The notes under the pieces were generated by a model, which saw nothing but the letters and a program-made list of their open reading frames with translations, did no database searches and was not told the DNA's origin. A DNA stretch of 64,000 nucleotides from Squalus acanthias. Taxonomy: Eukaryota. The stretch covers positions 6,138,001-6,202,000 of the forward strand of contig CM059432.1 of NCBI GenBank assembly GCA_030390025.1, written 5' to 3'. Made by a program: the position numbers and the translations under genes. Positions 1 through 11,920 of this stretch are shown in pieces; the first letter of the stretch is position 1, and each line of letters begins with the position of its first letter.

Positions 1-800
1 TTGAGAATGCACAAGAGGCTGGAGTCAGAAGAACAGAGTTCCAATGCTAATGGGGAGTTGCAGCACTGGAGAAGATTAGAGATAGACATGAGTGAGGCCA
101 TGGAGGGATTTAAATACAAGTACGAGGCACTGGGGGAGTGGGTGCCAATGCTGGTCAGTGAGGACGGGTGATGGGCGAGCAGGAAGGATGCAGCAGCAAA
201 GTATTGGATGAGCTGATGTATATTGAGGATGGGAGGCTGATCATGAGAAAATTGAACTAATCAAGTATGGAAGTGATAAAGGCATAGATAAGACCTTCAG
301 CAACAGATGAGGTAAGGGAAGCAAGCTGTCTATATGATTGAGAGAATATGGGGTTGAAAGCGCAGCTCAGGGTCAAACAAAATGCCAAGGTTGCCAACAG
401 GCTATTTCAGCCCCAGACAGTGGCTGCGAAGGGAATAGTCAGTGGCAAGGGTACAGAGTTTTTCCCTCCCTAAACCCCTCAACCTCTTCGCTTCCCTCAC
501 CTCCTTTAAAGCCCTCCTTAAAACCCACTCCAAGTTTTTAAGTTAGCCCTCCTAATACTTCCTCCTTTGGCTCAGCATCTATTTATTTTTAATTACGCCA
601 CTGTGAAGACCGAATCTATCATCTTCACAACATTCAGTTGAAGGAAATTATGGCTAGTCCAAGCCTGGAGGTCAAACAATCAGTCTGATAGTCCACATTG
701 AAGCAGTGGATGGGTCAAGAGAGATGATGGAGAGGTGGAGCTGGGTTTCAATCAGCATACATGTCGAAGCTGGCCTCATGTGTGTGCAAGATGTTTCCAA
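1..800 (-). mobile_element. Degraded L2-type LINE fragments (ORF2 C-terminal region; short plus-strand 3' tail piece at ~460-610)
   Basis: Similar by eye to the better-preserved L2 copy at 47140-49720 (e.g. gggtcaaacaaaatgccaaggttgc, ggatgagctga, gagatgatggagaggtggagctggg). Confidence 0.55.
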
Positions 801-884
801 GGGTACTAAAGGGTTTATATGAGATTCATACTTCATTTCCTATGCTAACAACATGGGATTTAGTTTCTCCAGCCAGGTAATCAC

Positions 885-1500
885 ATGGAATCTACAGTAC
901 AGAAACAGGCCATTCAGCCCAACTGGTCTATGGCGGTGCTCACACTCCACACGAGCCTCCTCCCACTCTAATTACCTCTCACCACCTTGCCCCATATCCC
1001 TCTATTCTCTTCTCCCTCTTGTATGCGTCAAGCACCACCACCCCCCCCATTAAGTATATCAATGCTCTCTGCTTCAACCACTCCATGTGGCAGCGAGTCC
1101 CACATTCACGCCACTCTGTGGAAAGAAATTCCTCCTAAATTATTTATTTGATCTGTTAGTGGCTGTCTTATATTTATGCACCCTTGTTCTGGAAGTGAAA
1201 ACAGTTTCGCCAAGTCCAGCTAATCAAACCCCTTCATAATTTTAAAGACCTCAATCAGGTCTTCTCTTCGTCTCTTTTCCATAGGAAAGAGCCCCAGCCT
1301 GCTCAATCTTTCCTGATAACATCTGGTAACATCTTTGTAAATCTTTCCTGCACTTTCTCCAGTACTTCAATATCTTTCTTGTCGCGTGGAGACCAGAACT
1401 GTACAATGTAACCTAAGCGTAGTCTAACCAAGGTTCTACATAAATTTAACATTATCTCCCGGCTTTTGTATTCTATTCCTCTGGAAATTATATAAAACTT
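885..1500 (-). mobile_element. Old CR1 LINE 3' fragment
   Basis: Minus ORF contains RGIEYKSREIMLNLCRTLVR.RL.Y.VQFWSP..KKDIEVLEKVQ.RFTKM, the typical CR1 ORF2 C-terminus, followed by a CR1-like 3' UTR. Confidence 0.85.
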
Positions 1501-2424
1501 TATTTCTTGACAATAACTATTCTCCTCACTCTTTTTCCCCCCACTCTCAGATAATACTTTCTCCCATTCCTGTTTCTGGTGTAACCTGGCACCACACAAT
1601 CCCCAGCTAAAAGGAAGGGAAGGTGGCTCTGCTTTCTGGCCTTCACCGATAACACAAGGACATATCCAAGAGCAGTGCTGGGTGACTATCCCTCCAGTTT
1701 TCTCTTTACAAAACACCCAATGTCCACTCACCAGCTCCCCACATCTGCACAGCTGGCATGAGGGATTCAGCTTGTGATAAGGTTACAGGCACACAGTGAT
1801 ATATTACTGGCACAGCACAAACTCATTTTGAAATGATTGCATTTTTTATTTTTCTCTAAGGGAACTATTAAAGTTTCAGCTCAATTCACTCCTTCTCTGC
1901 TAGTTATAGCTAATATTCAAATCTGGTTTTCTGAAAATTCATATTTGGGATTACTAAATTAATTACACTTATTAAGGACTAACATACATGAAGAACAAAG
2001 TTTAATTGATCAGTAAGTCTGATTATTTAAAGAAACATTTAATGAAGTAAAAATATGAGCATACAGGGGTATCATTTTGATCAACCTTACGAAATGACGA
2101 AAACAACTATTAATCTAAGCCCCTCTCCAGCCAATTAGCTCCAGCTTCAGAAATTAAATTGCAAATTAATACCGCTGAGTTTGCACTTGTTTTACGTATT
2201 CCAGTGTAGGCAAATGAGCTCCACAGGAAATTTGGGTGCAAGTTCCCGTCGGCAAGCTCCGTACAGAAATTTTGGCAACATGCAATCCGGGACTATATAT
2301 TCAAACGAAGGTGCTTCAAAGCAGTGCAACGACTCCAGTTTCCACCAGTTTCAGTATGTTAGCCAGTCAACGATCTAGTAGATACTATATGGTAAAAAGA
2401 TATCTCAACAGCTATGCCACTTAC

Positions 2425-2505
2425 CCTTCACCAAGCTTTTCCAATACATCGAAAACCTCTTCAGGCTGCTTCGTGAGGCTGTCTTCACTCAGTTTTTTCA
2501 ACTTG
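2425..2505 (-). CDS. STK3: STK3/MST2 (Hippo kinase) coding exon 2
   Basis: Reverse complement reads ttttctttaatttag|C AAG TTG AAA AAA CTG AGT GAA GAC AGC CTC ACG AAG CAG CCT GAA GAG GTT TTC GAT GTA TTG GAA AAG CTT GGT GAA GG|gtaagt = (S/N)KLKKLSEDSLTKQPEEVFDVLEKLGE(G). It is 81 nt, phase 2-2, with canonical splice sites. It matches the vertebrate STK3 N-terminus as I recall it (KLKKLSEDSL rather than STK4 QLKKLDEDSL). Confidence 0.95.
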
Positions 2506-2699
2506 CTAAATTAAAGAAAAGAAGGAATTGAAGAACGTAAGAAAGCATGGAACAAGAAAAGGCATTCAGCTTATTGAGTCTGTTCCTTCCATACACCATG
2601 TAGAATTAACTCTACCGAAATCAGTGAATTGCTGAGAAAACAATGTTTCTCCTTCCTCCAAGACATGGTTATAACCCCACAACCAGAAATAGATATTAC

Positions 2700-4100
2700 A
2701 TATTATTTACAGCACAGAAACAGGCCATTCAGTCCAACAGGTATAGCCAGCGTTTATGCTCCACATGAGCCTCTTCCCAACCCTTCTTCATCTAACTCCA
2801 TCAACATATCCGTCTATTCCTTTCTCCCTCATGTGTTTATCTAGCTTCCCCTTAAATACATCAATGCTAGTTGCCTCAGCCGTCCTTGTGATGACGAGTT
2901 CCACATTCTAACCACCCTCTGGATAAAAACGTTTCTCCTGAATTCCCTATTGGATTTATTATATTGGGTTATTTTATATTTATGGCCCCTCGTTCTGGTC
3001 TCCCCCCGCAAGTGGAAACATCTTCTGTACGTCGACCTTATATAGCCAGTTACTCCCCAACGTCCGCAGCAAATATGCTTCAAAATACAAAATAAAAATC
3101 GACTTTGTGTTTCTGAAGAGTAGTCAATAACTTCACACAAGATTTTCTCATCCGCAAGGTATCTGACATGCAAGGACATAATCTGCACATCATAATCCCT
3201 GCACTCTCCCTCCCTCAATGCAGTTCTTTTTCCATTCGTCATCACTTTCTGCTACCAACTGCCAAGTCAATTTTCAACAAAGCCAGCTAATTTACCATGA
3301 GCTCCATGAGCCTCCATTCTTTTAAAAAGTCTCAGCAGTGGAACTTGATCAAATACCTTCCAAAATTTGAAGCCAATTATACTGACAGACAATTTTTCAT
3401 CCACTTGTTTATTCACCTCCACAGAAAATTCCAGCAGATTAGGGAGGAATTTATAAACCAAGAGCGCTAGTTTGAGATTTTAATAAAATATATGATGTAA
3501 TAATAATTCACAGTATTGAGTAATTAACATATATTGAATTTTGCTGCTATGCGTTCAATTTTATTTCATTCATCAAAAATCCTTCCTCACAAAAAAATTC
3601 TGTTTATAAAAGATGATTTGGTCACACCAATGTTTACTATTTTGTCCCAGTTACACTACATCCCATTTAGTTCTCGAAGTTTAGAAAAGTTTTCAATTAT
3701 AGAATCTTAAAAATTTACTGCACAGGGGGGGAGCAATTTGGCCCATTGTGCCTGTGCTGGCTCTCTGAAAGAGCTATTCAATGTGTCCCAACCCCCGGCC
3801 CTTCTCCCATATACCATTTTCAATTGTCTTTCGCAAATATTTATCCATCCACTTGCCTTTTAAAAGCCATTTTGGATTTTGCTTGCACCACTGTTTCTGC
3901 TAAGGCATTCCTTCATGTAACAACCCTTGGTGTAGAAAAAAAAAATTCTCCTAATCTCTCTCCTTTTGATCTTCCAGTGACAATGTTAATTTATGCCCTC
4001 TAGTTACCAACTCACTGACCATTGGAAATACCTTTTCCTGATCCACCTCATCAAAACTTCACAATTGTGAACAATTCCATCACATTTCCTCTTGCCATTC
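2700..4100 (-). mobile_element. Cluster of old CR1 fragments (3' ends at ~2700-3040 and ~3700-4100; RT piece at ~3220-3460)
   Basis: Translations RTRGHKYKI...FRRNVFIQRVVRMWNS and NLLEF...F.KVFDQVP. Confidence 0.75.
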
Positions 4101-4104
4101 TTAC

Positions 4105-4990
4105 GAACATATGAAAAACAACGAACAGGAAAAGAACTACTGGTCCATCCAGCCTGTCCCATACACTTGTGATGAATAATGCATCACAATACGTACACAT
4201 GCCACCCTACCCGGAGCCATGTAATCTCCTTGAAAAGAGGGGGGGCAAAAAAAAAGATCCAGGCCAATTAGGGAGAAACAAATCTGGAAAAATCCTCTCA
4301 ACCCCCTTAGGCAATTAAAACTAGTCCAGGAGACCACCCTGGCCCTAATTAACATTAAAGGATACCAATGTCTTATATGAGGTCATCTCCGCCCCAGCCA
4401 GAAACAGATCCAGCTCTCGCTTGAAGGAATTCAGCGAATCAGCGTTCACCACACGAGCTGCCAACCTGTTCCAGAGGTCCACTATTCTCTGGAAAAGAAC
4501 CTAACATCTAACCTACTTCTGCCGTTGCATAACTTTTAAAAGTGACAACTGGTCCTCCCTATTCAGTTGGTCTGCACAAACAAAATCTAGTCCCTTCATT
4601 ATCTTATAAACCTCAATCAAATCATCCACAAGTCTACACTTCTCTAAAGTATAGAGACCCAGCTCTTTGAGCCTAGCTGGATAACCAAAATGCTTTAAAC
4701 TGGGAATTAATCTTGTGGCCCTTGCCTCCACCCTTTCCAAAGCCTCAATATCACCCACCATGTAAGGAGATCAAAACTGGACACAGCATTCTAACTGAGG
4801 TCTAATCAAGGTCTTGTACAAGGACAACATGGTATGCTTTATTTTATAGTGAAATATCCTGTAAATACACCCTATTCGCTTTTGGCATAGTTTCACGGCA
4901 TTGGTCATGAAACTTTAAAGATTGCGGCACTAAAACACCCAGATCTCTTTCTTTCACCACTGGTTTAAATTCTTTCCTAATGTTTATGTT
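4105..4990 (-). mobile_element. CR1-clade LINE 3' fragment (distinct older subfamily)
   Basis: DIEALERV.ARATRLIPSLKH.GY.ARLKELGLYTLE..RL..DLIEVYKIMKG and ERDLGVLV motifs, followed by a 3' UTR. Confidence 0.8.
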
Positions 4991-5668
4991 TGAATGAAAA
5001 TAAAGGTCAGTTTCACTGGTTGCCAAGCCTCCCATCACTGTTATCTTCATAGTGAATCTCTATATGCACAGCTGACTGAATGGTACTGATGCATCTGGGG
5101 GAAATGAGGTAGACTGCACATGCCCAGACTGCACAATCCAAACTCACCTCAGACACAGCTCGACAAAAAGGCTAGAGCCTTTGCGTAAAAACTTCAATGA
5201 AAGTATTAAAAGATTTTTTTTAAAACACAATTCAATGGATAAATATAATCATGTTACTGTGAATTAAAAAAAAATTGTTAAACCTTTATTGTGGACATTA
5301 GAAATTTCTGTTACGGAGGAAATCAAGGCAGATAAAAAAAATTCAGAAAGTATTTTGAGCAATTTGTGGGAACCACCCAGTGGCCAGGCTGCACAACCAG
5401 AGTGCTGATGCATTCGAAATGTGGACATGGGAATTTATAATGGAAAAAAATGGCAAAGTTGTGCAGACAAGAAGCATATGTTATCGTGAGATTTTATTTT
5501 ATATTATCTATAATTAAATAGCAAAACTGACAGCAATTTGAGAAATAGAGCTTATTGGTACATTGGAATTTCTCTGCAGTACAGAGTGAGGAGCTACCTC
5601 ACCACCATTGATGAGTGTAATTTCAGTGTGACAAGTTTACTCGGAGTTTCCATTATAAACATGGACAT

Positions 5669-5826
5669 CAACGTTCCCACTAAGCTGCGTGGCCACGGTC
5701 AAGAGGTCCCACGCAGGCCGCTCACCGGCTTTGACATGGAAGAAACCACGCATGTGCGAAAATTTGACTGGACCACGTAGCCAGTTAAAGGGACCGCGCA
5801 CGGAAAAAAAATTAGAGGGAACATTG
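5669..5826. mobile_element. hAT-type MITE (158 bp)
   Basis: TIRs CAACGTTCCCACTAA / TTAGAGGGAACATTG (13/15 match); 8-bp flanks ATGGACAT (5661-5668) and GTGGACAC (5827-5834) fit a decayed 8-bp TSD. Confidence 0.75.
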
Positions 5827-6159
5827 GTGGACACTGAGATTAAAATGGGAAAGCTGATACAAAATCATGACAAAAACATGACAACTGGAAATCAGCTTTT
5901 GTAGACAAAATGTGCATGCAGAAACTCGATTGTAAATAGTTACATTTAAAAAGTACCTTTTTTTTCTCGAAAATTCACTGATTTTCAAACAACATACATT
6001 AAAACTCCAAATAATTTAAGACCTGTAGCTATGCAACCAAGCATAGTTTTCTCTTGGAATGTCAAGTAAATTTACTCCAATCTGTATAAATTAATAGAAC
6101 TTGTGACTAACTGAACCTGTACAAATCACTGTCAATTATGTAACAAAGTTGCAGAAACA

Positions 6160-6505
6160 CTTATATTTGCATAGTGCCCTTCACATCCTCAGGACCTTTC
6201 AAAGCACTTCACAACCAATTAATCACTTTTAAAGTGTAGTCATTGTTATTTTGTAGGCAGGTAATTTGCACACAGGAAAGTCCCTCAGTGAATGATCCGT
6301 TAGTCTGTTCTGGCGCTGTTGGTTGAAGGATAAACGTTGCCCAGGTCACCTGTAGAACTCCCTACCCTTCGAATAGCACCAAGGGATCTAAACAGGTAGA
6401 TGGGGCCTTGTATTGATGTCTCATCTGAAAAGGGCTCCTCAGAATGCAGCACTCCCTCAATAAAAGCATTAAAGTGTCAGCTTGGATTATACGCTCAAAT
6501 CCTGG
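6160..6505 (-). mobile_element. Diverged tRNA/Deu-type SINE with L2-like tail
   Basis: Reverse complement resembles the SINE at 11490-11920 (gagtgctgcatt, tttcagatgagac, gactacactttaaaag, ggcactatgcaaat). Confidence 0.6.
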
Positions 6506-6509
6506 AATA

Positions 6510-6912
6510 TAAGAAATGGGAACAGTAGACCATTTGGTCCTTTGAGCCTGCTCCGCAATTCAATAAGATCATGGCTGATCTTCTACATCAACTCCACTTT
6601 CCCGCACTATTCCCATATCCCTTGATTCACTTAATATCCAAAAATCTATCGATCTCGGTCTTAAATATACTCAACAACTGGGCCTCCACAGCCCTCTGGG
6701 GTAGAGAATTCTGAAGATTCACAACCCTTTGAGTGAAGAAATTTTTTCCCATCTCAGTCCTAAATGGCCAATCCCTTATTCTGAAACTGTGACCTCTGGT
6801 TCTAGACCCTCCAGCCAGGGGAAACATCCTCCCATCATCTACCCTGTCAAGCCCCGTAAGAATTTTGTATGTTTCAATGAGATCACCTCTCATTCTTCTA
6901 AATTCTAGGGAA
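6510..6912 (-). mobile_element. CR1 3' fragment; continues at 10161-10200 and 10521-10600 after two nested insertions
   Basis: MRGDLIETYKILTGLDRVD...FFTQRVVNL.NSLPQRAV. The sequence cttctaaattctagggaa resumes as tataggcc at 10161; VRPHLEYCVQIWSPYLRKD at 10521-10600. Confidence 0.9.
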
Positions 6913-9900
6913 CGGTAGCATAGTGGTTATGTTACTGGACTAGTAATCCAGAGGCCTGGACTAATGATCTGAAGACACGAGTTCAAATCCCACCACGGCA
7001 GCTGGGGAATTTAAATTCAATTAATTAAATAAATCTGGAATAAAAAGCTCGTATCAGTGATGGTGACCATGAAACTATCGGATTGTCATATCTGGTTCAC
7101 TAATGTCCTTTAGGGAAGGAAATCTGCCGTCCTTACCCGGTCTAGCCTATATGTGACTCCAGACCCACAGCAATGTGGTTTGACTCTTAACTGCCCTCTG
7201 AAATGGCCTAGCAAGCCACTCAGTTGTAATAAAACGCTACGAAAAACAAGAAGAAAACTGGATGGACCACCCGGCATCGACCTCGGCTATGGACACGACA
7301 ACGGCACACCCAGCCCAGTCGACCCTGCAAAGTCCTCCTCACCAACATCTGGGGACTTGTGCCAAAATTGGGAGAGCTGTCCCACAGACTAGTCAAGCAA
7401 CAGCCTGACATAGTCATACTCACAGAATCATACCTTTCAGCCAATGTTCCAAACTCCTCCATCACCATCACCGGCAGGACAGACCCACCAGGGGTGGCGG
7501 CACAGTGGCATACAGTCAGGAAGGAGTGGCCCTGGGAGTTATCAACATTGATTCCAGATCCCATGAAGTCTCATGGCTTCAGGTCAAGCATGAGCAAGGA
7601 AACATTCTGCTGATTACCACCTACCGCCCTCCCTCAGCTGATGAATCAGTACTCCTCCATGTTGACCACCACTTGGAAGAAGCACTGAGAGTAACAAGGG
7701 CACAGAAGGTACTCTGGGTGGGGGACTTCAATGTAGCACCACTACTGACCGAGCTGGCAGAGTCCTGAATGACATAGCTGCCAGTCTGGGCCTGCGACAG
7801 GTGGTGAGAGAAACAACACGATGAAAAACCTACTTGACCTCGTCCTCACCAATCTACCTGTCGCAGATGCATCTGTCCATGACAGCATTGGTAGCAGTGA
7901 CCAGCGCACAGTCATCGTGGAGACGAAGTCCCATCTTCACACTGAGGACACACTCCATCATGTTGTGTGGCACTACCACTGTGCTAAATGGGATAGATTC
8001 AGAACAGATCTAGAAGCACAAAACTGAGCATCCATGAGGTGCTGTGGGCCATCAGCAGCAGCAGAATTGTATTCTACCATAATCTGTAACCTCATGGCCC
8101 AGCATATCCCTCACTCTACCATTACCATCAAGCCAGGGGACCAACCCTGGTTCAATAAGGAGTGTAGAAGAGCATGCCAGGAGCAGCACCAGGCGTACCT
8201 AAAAATGCGGTGCCAACCTGGGGAAGCTGCAACACTGGACTACATGCATGCTAAAAAGCAGAAGCAGCATGCTATAGACAGGGCTAAGCAATCCCACAAT
8301 CAACGGGTCAGATCAAAGCTCTGCAGTTCTGCCACATCCAGTCGTGAATGGTGGTGGACCATTAAACAACTAATGGGAGGAAGAGGCTCCATGAATAACC
8401 CCATCCTCAATGATGGTGGAGCCCAGCACATGAGTGCAAAAGACAAAGCTGAAGTGTTTGCAACCATCTTCAGCCGTAAGTGCCGACTGGATGATCCATA
8501 TCAGGCCCCTCCTGAGGTCTCCACCACCACAGAAGCCAGTCTTCAGCCAATTCGATTCACTCCATGTGATATCTAGTGTGCTCAGCCGTTTCTTGATAAG
8601 ACAAAGGCTGTGGCCCCAACAACATCCCGGCTGTCGTGCTGAAAACTTGTGCTTCAGAACTAGCCGCGCCTCCAACCAAGCTGTTCCAGTACAGCTACAA
8701 CACTGGCAGCTATCTGACATTCTGGAAAACTGTCCAGGTATGTCCTGTCCACAAAAAGCAGGACAAATCCAATCCAGCCAATTACCGCCCCATCAGTCTA
8801 CTCAATCATCAGCAAAGTGATGGACGTGTAGTCGACAGTGCTGTCAAGCAGCACTTATTCACCAATAACCTGCTCACTGATGCCCAGTTTGGGTTCCGCC
8901 GGGACCACTCGGCTCCAGACTTCATTACAGCCTTGGTCCAAACATGGCCAAAAGAGCTGAATTCCAAAGGTGAGGTGAGAGTGACAGCCTTTGACATCAA
9001 GGCAGCATTTGACCGAGTGTGGCATCAAGGAGCCCTAGTAAATCTGAAGTCAATGGGAATCGGGGGGAAAACTCTCCACCGGCTGAAGTCATACCTAGCA
9101 CAAAGGAAGATGGTTGTGGTGGTTGGAGGTCAAATCATCACAGCCCCAGGACATCTCTGAAGGAGTTCCTCAGGGCAGTGTCCTCAGCCCAACCATCTTC
9201 AGCTGCTTCATCAATGACCTTCCCCCTCCATCATAAGGTCAGAAATGGGGATGTTCGCTGATGACTACACAGTGTTCAGTGCCAATCGCAACTCCTCAGA
9301 TAATGAAGCAGTCCATGCACGCATATAGCAAGACCTGAACGACATTCAGGCTTGGGCTGATAAGCGGCAGGTAACATTCGCGCCACACAAGTGCCAGGCA
9401 ATGACTATCTCCAACAAGCGAGCGTCTAACCACCGCCCCATGACATTTAACGGCATTACCATCGCCAATTCCCCCACCATCAATATCCTGGGAGTCACTA
9501 TTGACCAGAAACTTAACTGGACCAGCCACATAAATACTGTGGCAACAAGAGCAGGTCAAAGGCTGGGTATTCTGCGGCGAGTTTCTCACCTCCTGACTCC
9601 CCAAAGCCTTTTCACCATCGACAAGGCACAAGTCAGGAGTGTGATGAATACTCTCCACTTGCCTGGATGAGTGCAGCTCCAACAACACTCAAGAAGCTCA
9701 ACACCATCCAAGACAAAGCAGCCCGCTTGATTGGCACCCCATCCACTACCTTAATCATTCACTCCCTCCACCACCGGCATACCATGGCTGCCGTGTGTAC
9801 CATCTACAAGATGCACCACAGCAACTCACCAAGGCTTCTTCGGCAGCACCTCCCAAACCCGCGACCTCTACCACCTAGAAGGACAAGGGCAGCAGGCGCA

Positions 9901-10160
9901 TAGGAACACCACCACCTCCAAGTTCCCCTCCAAGTCGCACACCATCCTGACTTGGAAATATATTGCCGTTCCTTCATCGTCGCTGGGTCAAAATCCTGGA
10001 TCTCCCTCCCTAATAGCACTGTGGGAGTACCTTCACCACACGGACTGCAGCAGTTCAAGAAGGCGGCTCACCACCACCTTCTCAAGGGCAACTAGGGATA
10101 GACAATAAATGCTGGCCTTGCCAGCAACGCCCACATCCCATGAACGAATGTAAAAAAAAA
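6913..10160 (+). mobile_element. Apparently full-length single-ORF APE-RT LINE (CR1/L2 supergroup, clade unresolved) with tRNA-like 5' head; ORF disrupted
   Basis: A box TAGCATAGTGG (6916-6926) and B box GTTCAAATCC (6981-6990). APE motifs NIWGL, LTES, YRPP, GDFN, LDL, SDQ (SDH in the 14488-14949 copy). RT motifs NYRPISLL, QFGFR, DIKAAFDRV, GVPQGSVL, FADD. Ends in a 3' UTR and A-rich tail at ~10083-10160. Confidence 0.9.
6916..6990 (+). promoter_or_regulatory. Type-2 internal RNA polymerase III promoter (A and B boxes)
   Basis: TAGCATAGTGG fits TRGCNNARYGG and GTTCAAATCC fits GTTCRANNC, with ~54 nt spacing. Confidence 0.75.
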
Positions 10161-10204
10161 TATAGGCCTCAATCGCCCCATCCCAAGAATCAGGATTTTC
10201 GTTG

Positions 10205-10524
10205 CAATCACAGAACCACAGAATCCCCACAATGCAGATAGAGGCCATTTCGGCCCATCGAGCCTGCACCAACACATATCCCACCCTATCCCCGTAACCC
10301 CACGTAGTTAATCCCCCTAACACTAAGGGTCAATTTATCATAGCCAAATCAACCTAACCCGCACATCTTTGGACTGTGGGAGGAAACCGGAGCACCCGGA
10401 GGAAACCCACGCAGACACGGGGAGAATGTGCAAACTCCACACAGACAGTCACCCGAGGCCGGATTCGAATCTGGGTCCCTGGCACTGTGAGGCAACAGTG
10501 CTAACCACTATGCCACCGTGTCGC
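10205..10524 (-). mobile_element. tRNA-derived V-SINE (HE1-like) with CR1-derived tail
   Basis: Reverse complement: cacggtggcatagtggttagcactg...gattcgaatcc...tgtgtggagtttgcacattctccccgtgtctgcgtgggtttcctccgggtgctccggtttcctcccacagtccaaag (V domain), then ggctcgatgggccgaaatggcct (CR1 3' tail). Confidence 0.9.
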
Positions 10525-10707
10525 TCGAAGGCAAGTATATCCTTCCTGAGGTAAGGAGACCAAATCTGTACACAATACTCCAGATGTGGTCTCACCCCTG
10601 GAGAGGACTTTAAACCCACAACTTTCTGACTCAGAAGCAATAATGACACCTCTGAGCTATAAGGATATTAAGGGATATGGATCAAAGCTGGGTAAAGATA
10701 ATTGAGG

Positions 10708-10841
10708 AAAACAAAAGCAAAATACTGCAGATGCTGGAAATCTGAAATAAAACAAAAAATGCTGGAAATACTCAGCAGGGCAGGCAGCATCTGTGGAGAA
10801 AGAAAGAGTTAACGTTTCAAGTCGATGACCTTTCATCAGAA
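10708..10841 (-). mobile_element. Short Penelope-like (pLTR) fragment with hammerhead core
   Basis: Same sequence as 36085-36192 and 41770-41955. Flanked by AAGATAATTGAGG (10695-10707) and AAGATAATGGAGG (10840-10852), a probable TSD. Confidence 0.8.
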
Positions 10842-11489
10842 GATAATGGAGGTATAGATCAGGTATAGATCAGTCATGATATCATCGAATGGCTCTATGT
10901 TGCTATGGAACAAATGCACCATAGAAAAAAAAAGTTGTGATAATCACTGCAATGTTGGCCTTTTAAAAAAAAACACACACAAAAGCAGAACTGCTAAATC
11001 TTTACTAAACTATTGATCTGCCAGAACATAAATTGTGAAGAAGCGTCACATCTGCTTCGAAGCACTGCTTACATGATTAGTATCCCTTCCGTCTCTCCTT
11101 AAGAATTGCAGAGTGGAAAAGAAAACAAAGTGGTTAAAATTTTCTCACCGATTCTACTGAAACAATTTACTGAAATCACTTCATTAATTAAAGAAAAATC
11201 AACAGATGGTTTGTCCCGTGACATTTTACAGGACTTCTTAGTTTCTGAACACTAATCTCGCCAGGAGAAAAAAAAATGACTTATCTTCTCACATGTAACT
11301 TGATACCAAAGGGATAATTAAATAACATGAGACATTCGAATGTTAAAAATTATTACTTTCTCTTTCCAACCTCTGTGTCACACATTTGGATCCATTTACC
11401 AAAAACACATTGAAATTGGCCTAGTATAAAACAATGGAAATGCTTAATTATTTTTTTGCTTTATTTCATACCATGTCATTAATTGTATG

Positions 11490-11920
11490 GTGTCCGCTGT
11501 GGCTGAGTGGCCTCTGAATCAGAAGGTTGTGGGTTCAAGTCCCACTCCAGAGACTTGAACACATAATCCAGGCTGATATTTCAGTGCAGTGCGGAGGGAG
11601 TGTTGCACTGCTGGGAGGTACCGTCTTTCAGATGAGATGTTAAACCTATCATATGAGGACATAGAACATCCCATGGCACTATTTCGAAGAAGAGCAGGGG
11701 AGTTCTCCCTGGTGTCCTAGCCAATATTTATCCCTCAACCAACATCACTGAAAAACAGATTATCTGCTGTTTGTGGGAGCTTGCTGTGCGCAAATTGGCT
11801 GCCGCGTTTCCTACATATTACAACAGTGACTACACTTCAAAAGCACTTAATTGGCTGTCAAGCATTTTGGGATGTCCAGTGATCATGAAAGACGCTCTAT
11901 AAATGGAAGTTCTTTCTTTC
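11490..11920 (+). mobile_element. tRNA-derived DeuSINE-like element (SacSINE1-like) with L2-type tail
   Basis: B box GGTTCAAGTCC; central cagatgagatgttaaacc...atcccatggcact...ggtgtcctagccaa; tail gacgctctataaatggaag resembles the L2 3' end at ~47140. Confidence 0.8.

Noticed and set aside
6913..6995. tRNA gene
   Set aside because: It has A/B boxes but no convincing cloverleaf or terminator, and it is embedded in a repeat. The same applies to the SINE heads at 10524, 11490 and 32685.
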